Assembly: GCA_001629235.1 (NCBI GenBank)
Contig: LUSA01000037.1
Span: 891-32,306 of the forward strand
Direction of reading: 5' to 3'
Length of the DNA stretch: 31,416 bases
From: Marine group II euryarchaeote REDSEA-S43_B8
GTDB lineage: Archaea > Thermoplasmatota > Poseidoniia > Poseidoniales > Thalassarchaeaceae
Shown here: piece after piece, positions 27,096 to 31,416 of the stretch
Position numbering within the stretch: position 1 is the stretch's first letter
How the letters are laid out: each line of letters opens with the position of its first letter
Notes under the pieces: generated by a model
Databases searched by the model: none
What the model was told of the DNA's origin: nothing
What the model saw: only the letters and a program-made list of their open reading frames with translations
Translations under genes and position numbers: made by a program

Positions 27096-29371
27096 GTGGC
27101 ATCGGAAGCGTCTCTCTGGAATGGCCCCAAGGGCAAGCGTAGTGCAGATTTACTGATCGCATTCGTACTAGTTGCCCTTCTTTTCTCATTTGGAGAAGTT
27201 TCTGCTCAAGAGGTTAGGAGTGGGTGGGAAGTAGTCGATAGCGGGACTGAGGAGAATCTGTATACTGCAGAGTACCTAGAGGGAGAGATATGGGCATTCG
27301 GATCTGGAGGAACCATGATCAGGAGTATCGATGAAGGAAGAACTTGGTCTGAATCTGGAATATCAGTAAGCCAAGATCTCACTTCTTCAGATTCGAGTTA
27401 CGAATCTATAATCGTGGCAGGAAATAGAGGTACTGTCCTATTGATGAATGAAGGCGTCTGGATGGATGTAAGTTCTGATCAATTTGGAGATATCAAGGAC
27501 GTTGCCCTTACTGGGAATGATAGTTTTGTTGTCATTGAGCAAGATGAAGTCTGGACTTGCACAGTGACAGTGGAATGGGATACTGAATGCGATTCGGCAA
27601 ATGAAGGAGGGGGGATAAATTATCTCAGTGTATCATTCTTGGATTCAGAAAACGGAATTATTTCTGGAGAGAACGGGGCAATAATTGCATCCTCTGATGG
27701 AGGCAGTAGCTGGGAGTATAGAGATGCGCCTAGCGAGGTTTCAACGAAGGCAATTATCGATGTTGAATACTACAGTACGATTAGGGCGTACGCGATCTCA
27801 GAAGAAGGGCACATTCTGAAGTCATCGAGAGAAGGAAATGTTCCCGTGGGATTCGTCTGGAGCATAGTGGATATCGAAAGAGAATACCCCCCAGGAGGTG
27901 GTGATGAGTTCGAATCTGGAGGTTCGAATCTGGACTTCGAAGTATCTGGGATGAAGGTTCTTGGACAATTCAAGTTCATGATTTCTGGTCCGGGAGGTTA
28001 CCTCTCCCTCAGTCTGGACGGGGGGAATATAGTCTCTCAGCAAATGATTCCAGTCTCGAACGAGACTGTGTTCAATGGATTTGCTATGCTGGACGGTTTC
28101 AGAGGGGTCGCCGTAGGGGATGGAGGAGTTTTACTCAGGACAGAGAACGCGGGATCGGAGGAGTTCGTCGGATTCGAGGTGATTGACTTCAACGATTTCG
28201 GACAATTCATCGACTACTCTAAGGAGAGATTGATGGATGGGCTTGTAGCGACTGCAAAGATCGTGATTTTTGGAATTCTAATGGGTTTCTCTCTAGGAAT
28301 AGTCCTTTCAATGCTAAAGACATCTCCAACTACACTCAAGAATGTGGCTCAGACCAATAGATTCCAGATTCTATTGATGTTCGTAGTTACGCCATTATGG
28401 TTATCTTTCCAGATTCCTATCTCAGCGATTAACTCAACTGGATTGGGTAGAAAATTGAATCTGAGCAATCCTTTCAGCAGCGTATTAGGTTACTGTAGAG
28501 GGAGATCCTTACACATTGCAGCAAGTGAGCCACTGAACATTATCGCTATTCGTACAATAGGATTAATTCTGATATTTTTCGGGATTTATCGGATTCTCAG
28601 TAATCTCGATGATATCAGAGACCTAAACCTAGATGGTTGGGAACACATCTACTCGCCTATCGGGGCTCCTGGGGCGATGTTCTGGATTCTACTGGGTCTT
28701 GGAATAGCGATATTGGGAGGCATATTTTTGTCATGCAATGGGGACTTCTCCATACGAGAAATTGAGTTCAGCAAGGTGAGTTTCTCTCTCGATCCATGGG
28801 GAATCAGGCCATTGAACACGATTGCAACGGTATACACGGACATTTTCAGAAACACGCCATTGCTCGTTCAGTTCATGTTCATACACTTCGGATTCGAGCT
28901 TGGAAGAAGATTGCAGGACCCTGGGCTAATGTTGTTCGACTTCGATTACCTAGTGGGCAACTCAAACTTCATCACCGATATTTTCGTAGTTTACGAGACG
29001 AATCCCGAATCGCTAGCCTACGGTAGGCCGATTGGGGGGATTCTTGAGGATAGGGCATACATTGTATTGGGCTAAATTACATGCAATCGATGAGGCTGGT
29101 GGTAATGCCCCAGGCTGTCAGAATCTGCATACCCCCACTAGGTAACGAGATGGTCAACCTAGTACTGAACTCTTCACTAGCTATGATTATCGGTTATGCT
29201 GAAATCACAAGGCAGGGGAAGTTAATCGTCGCGACTACTTTCCAGGTTTTCTGGACTTGGGGAATGGTACTGATCTCATACTTCCTGATTACATGGACCC
29301 TAGCACTCTTCCTCAGGTACCTTGAGGAAAGGACTAGGATTCCTGGGTTAGGAATATCAGGAGGTGCTTGA
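27096..29371 (+). CDS. Polar amino acid ABC transporter permease (HisM/GlnP family) fused to an N-terminal YCF48/BNR beta-propeller; frame break and missing segment at about 29063
   Basis: Signal peptide, Asp-box motifs SIDEGRTW and SSDGGSSW, and permease motifs GLVATAKIVIFG, YTDIFRNTPLLVQ. After the break the protein continues (S)IGLNYMQSMRLVVMPQAVRICIPPLGNEMVNLVLNSSLAMIIGYAEITRQG. Confidence 0.85.
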
Positions 29372-30078
29372 TTGTCAGAAATTATCCTCAGCGTTGAAGA
29401 GATGGAGAAGACGTATGTTGGAGGGGTCCATGCGGTCAGAGGAGTCTCGTTCGAAGTGAAGGAGGGGGAGTCATTGGCTATTATTGGCTCATCTGGGAGT
29501 GGCAAATCTACCGTACTTAGGTGTATCAACCGCCTGATTGAGCCCACTCAAGGTATCGTGAGGTTGAAGGGAGAAAGGATCAACACGCCTGCTGCTGATG
29601 TTAATGATGTTCGCTCTAGGATAGGGATGGTCTTCCAGTCTTTCGAGTTATTCTCTCACTTGAGGGTGATTGACAATGTTTCCCTTGGGCTAATTCATGT
29701 CAGGGGAATGAGTAAGGAGGATGCTTTTGACCATGCTCGCAGTGTTCTTGAGAGGGTAGACATGCTCGATAGGGTTGATGCCTATCCCGGAAACCTATCT
29801 GGTGGTCAGAAGCAGAGGGTGGCTATCGCAAGGGCACTTGCGATGAAGCCTGAGGTCATGCTGTTTGACGAGCCCACTAGTGCCCTAGACCCAGAACTAA
29901 TCGGCTCCGTTCTTGAGCCATGGTAGTGGTCACCCATGAGATAGGATTCGCCAGAGACGTTGCTGATCGTGTGATATACATGGATCGGGGCCTTATTGCA
30001 GAGGAGGGGGAATCATCCATAATCGATAATCCGAAAACGGACAGGATGAGAGATTTCCTCTCTAGCATCAATGACTGA
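29372..30078 (+). CDS. Polar amino acid ABC transporter ATP-binding protein (GlnQ-like); frame break at about 29918
   Basis: Walker A GSSGSGKST, Q-loop GMVFQSFELF, signature LSGGQKQRVAIARALAM, Walker B LFDEPTSALDPE. The C-terminus MVVVTHEIGFARDVADRVIYMD..FLSSIND resumes in another frame at 29920 and stops at 30078. Confidence 0.92.
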
Positions 30079-30080
30079 AT

Positions 30081-31416
30081 CTAGCAAACTGACACGGCTT
30101 CCCATATGTCGTTCGAATTGCTGGTACTGTAATCGTAGTACGAGGTGTCTGATATCTGCGATTCTCCTTGTGTGACGGTTACTGTGAACGAATAGCACCC
30201 ATAGTCACCAGCGGAGTCGAACTCGTCACGAGGGACGTACTTTCCGAAGGTTGCATCGAAGACAGATCCTTCCATCGCGAATTCTGATCCGTATTCCCCC
30301 CAAGTTCCTGATCCAGTTCCGAAGATCCCCCCCTCGGAGTCCCATGATGCTTCTGTGTTGCTTACCGAGATTGTTGGATAGGCTATTGCCACATCATTCC
30401 CTTCCATGAGAACGGCCTCTACAGTGTAGTCGGCGAAGGGCATCCTTGCAGGCTTATCTGCACCGGTGTCGAGTCCAGACCAACCTGACATGACTACTCC
30501 AACCAGGCAGTTATCTGCATCGCCACTGCACCGGTCTGGATCCTCCTTGACAACTCCAGATGCCAGGCCGTCAACTCCTGTGATATCCCTTGAGAGGGCG
30601 TCTGCTCCCGTCCACTGGGTTGTATCCCAAGTAATCTGGCTGTAAGTTAGGTCTCTGGTTGAACTATCCCCGTCTATGGTCAGCTCCAATGTGTAAGGGG
30701 AGTCTGGAAGGGCATTCGTGGAATAGAAATCTTCGACTAATATGGTGATCTCCCCCTCTCCCTTCCCGCTGTCTATGGAGAAGTTTGCAGTAGATGACCA
30801 AACTTGCTGCCCAGCCTGAAGGATGACTATGGAAGCCTCCATGTCCCTGTCTGAGATAGTGTTCTGGAGGACCTTGATGGTGATAGACTCGCCATCCTCG
30901 CTGTACTCAACCTGCCCAACCGAAAGTTCGCCCTCTAGCAAGGCACCTAGAATCAGCGGAAGAATTAGCATCATTATGTAGGAGATTGCGACTATGGATG
31001 CTGCTAAAGCGCTGGTTCCCGTTACAGCGAAACCAGAACTGGAAATGGAGAATACCCGTAATCTCCACATCACAACGGATAGAGAAAGTAGGAATACGAA
31101 TGACATGACCAACGATGCCCCGATCACGGGGATAGTTAGTTCGTCGCCCGGGAGATACACAAGAAGAATACGTGTGAGGAAAACTGGCAGAATTCCGAAC
31201 AATGCTACTGTCTTGAGTGCTTCAACCGGTCCTGCTGCCTCTGGAATTGGTCCTTCTTCCTCTTTTCCTGAGTCTTCAGGAATAACGGCAACTGGAGTTG
31301 GGCTTTGACTTTGCTCGGCAGCCTTCTCTAGAAGTCCTGCTGATTTGCTAGCAGCGGCTACCTCGTCGACGTATTCGCCGACCTTGGCACCCGTAATCGG
31401 GTCTATGCGTTCTGAC
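30081..31416 (-). CDS. Membrane protein (5'-partial) with about 3 TM helices and an acidic extracellular C-terminal domain
   Basis: The frame of ORF 30081..31202 stays open to the window edge (SERIDPITGAKVGEYVDE...). Three hydrophobic segments are followed by an Asp/Gly/Ser/Thr-rich domain with Cys residues. Confidence 0.8.
   Translation of the reverse strand, partial: SERIDPITGAKVGEYVDEVAAASKSAGLLEKAAEQSQSPTPVAVIPEDSGKEEEGPIPEAAGPVEALKTVALFGILPVFLTRILLVYLPGDELTIPVIGASLVMSFVFLLSLSVVMWRLRVFSISSSGFAVTGTSALAASIVAISYIMMLILPLILGALLEGELSVGQVEYSEDGESITIKVLQNTISDRDMEASIVILQAGQQVWSSTANFSIDSGKGEGEITILVEDFYSTNALPDSPYTLELTIDGDSSTRDLTYSQITWDTTQWTGADALSRDITGVDGLASGVVKEDPDRCSGDADNCLVGVVMSGWSGLDTGADKPARMPFADYTVEAVLMEGNDVAIAYPTISVSNTEASWDSEGGIFGTGSGTWGEYGSEFAMEGSVFDATFGKYVPRDEFDSAGDYGCYSFTVTVTQGESQISDTSYYDYSTSNSNDIWEAVSVC

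Noticed and set aside
29055-29930. Programmed ribosomal frameshifting or splicing as the explanation for the split genes
   Set aside because: Conserved residues are absent rather than shifted, so recoding cannot restore them. No slippery heptamer or bulge-helix-bulge motif was seen at the junctions.
1-31416. CRISPR array, rRNA, transposase or defence system
   Set aside because: No regularly spaced direct repeats, rRNA-like segments, or recognisable transposase, cas or restriction motifs were seen.

Overview
Gene-dense archaeal chromosomal segment. The rpoE'-spt4-rps24e-rps27ae cluster, archaeal DtdA, an HVO_0476-type Zn-finger protein and CCA-encoded tRNA-Thr/tRNA-Ser make it clearly archaeal. 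Very large acidic secreted proteins, membrane-anchored subtilases and bacterial-type metabolic genes suggest Marine Group II (Poseidoniales); this lineage call is inference. It holds two giant surface proteins, two S8 proteases, TrhO, proline dehydrogenase, purC, an aminotransferase-IV-like/sulfotransferase-like pair, and a two-gene polar amino acid ABC transporter. The first giant protein is >2,200 aa, runs off the left edge and is absent from the ORF track. No mobile element or CRISPR array was seen. Best leads: (1) an ABC permease fused to a YCF48/BNR beta-propeller with no binding-protein gene in the operon; (2) a fold-type IV aminotransferase-like protein apparently lacking the canonical Schiff-base Lys and pyridine-binding Glu, next to a sulfotransferase-like gene and coupled to purC; (3) bacterial TrhO near a TrmR-like O-methyltransferase fold; (4) phage-structural-protein-like GSGY repeats inside a giant surface protein; (5) a 74% GC structured leader upstream of rpoE'. 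Caveat: five places (about 5890, 14300, 24950, 29063, 29918) lack conserved coding segments, most simply explained by collapsed assembly gaps. All family assignments come from motif recognition, not database searches.
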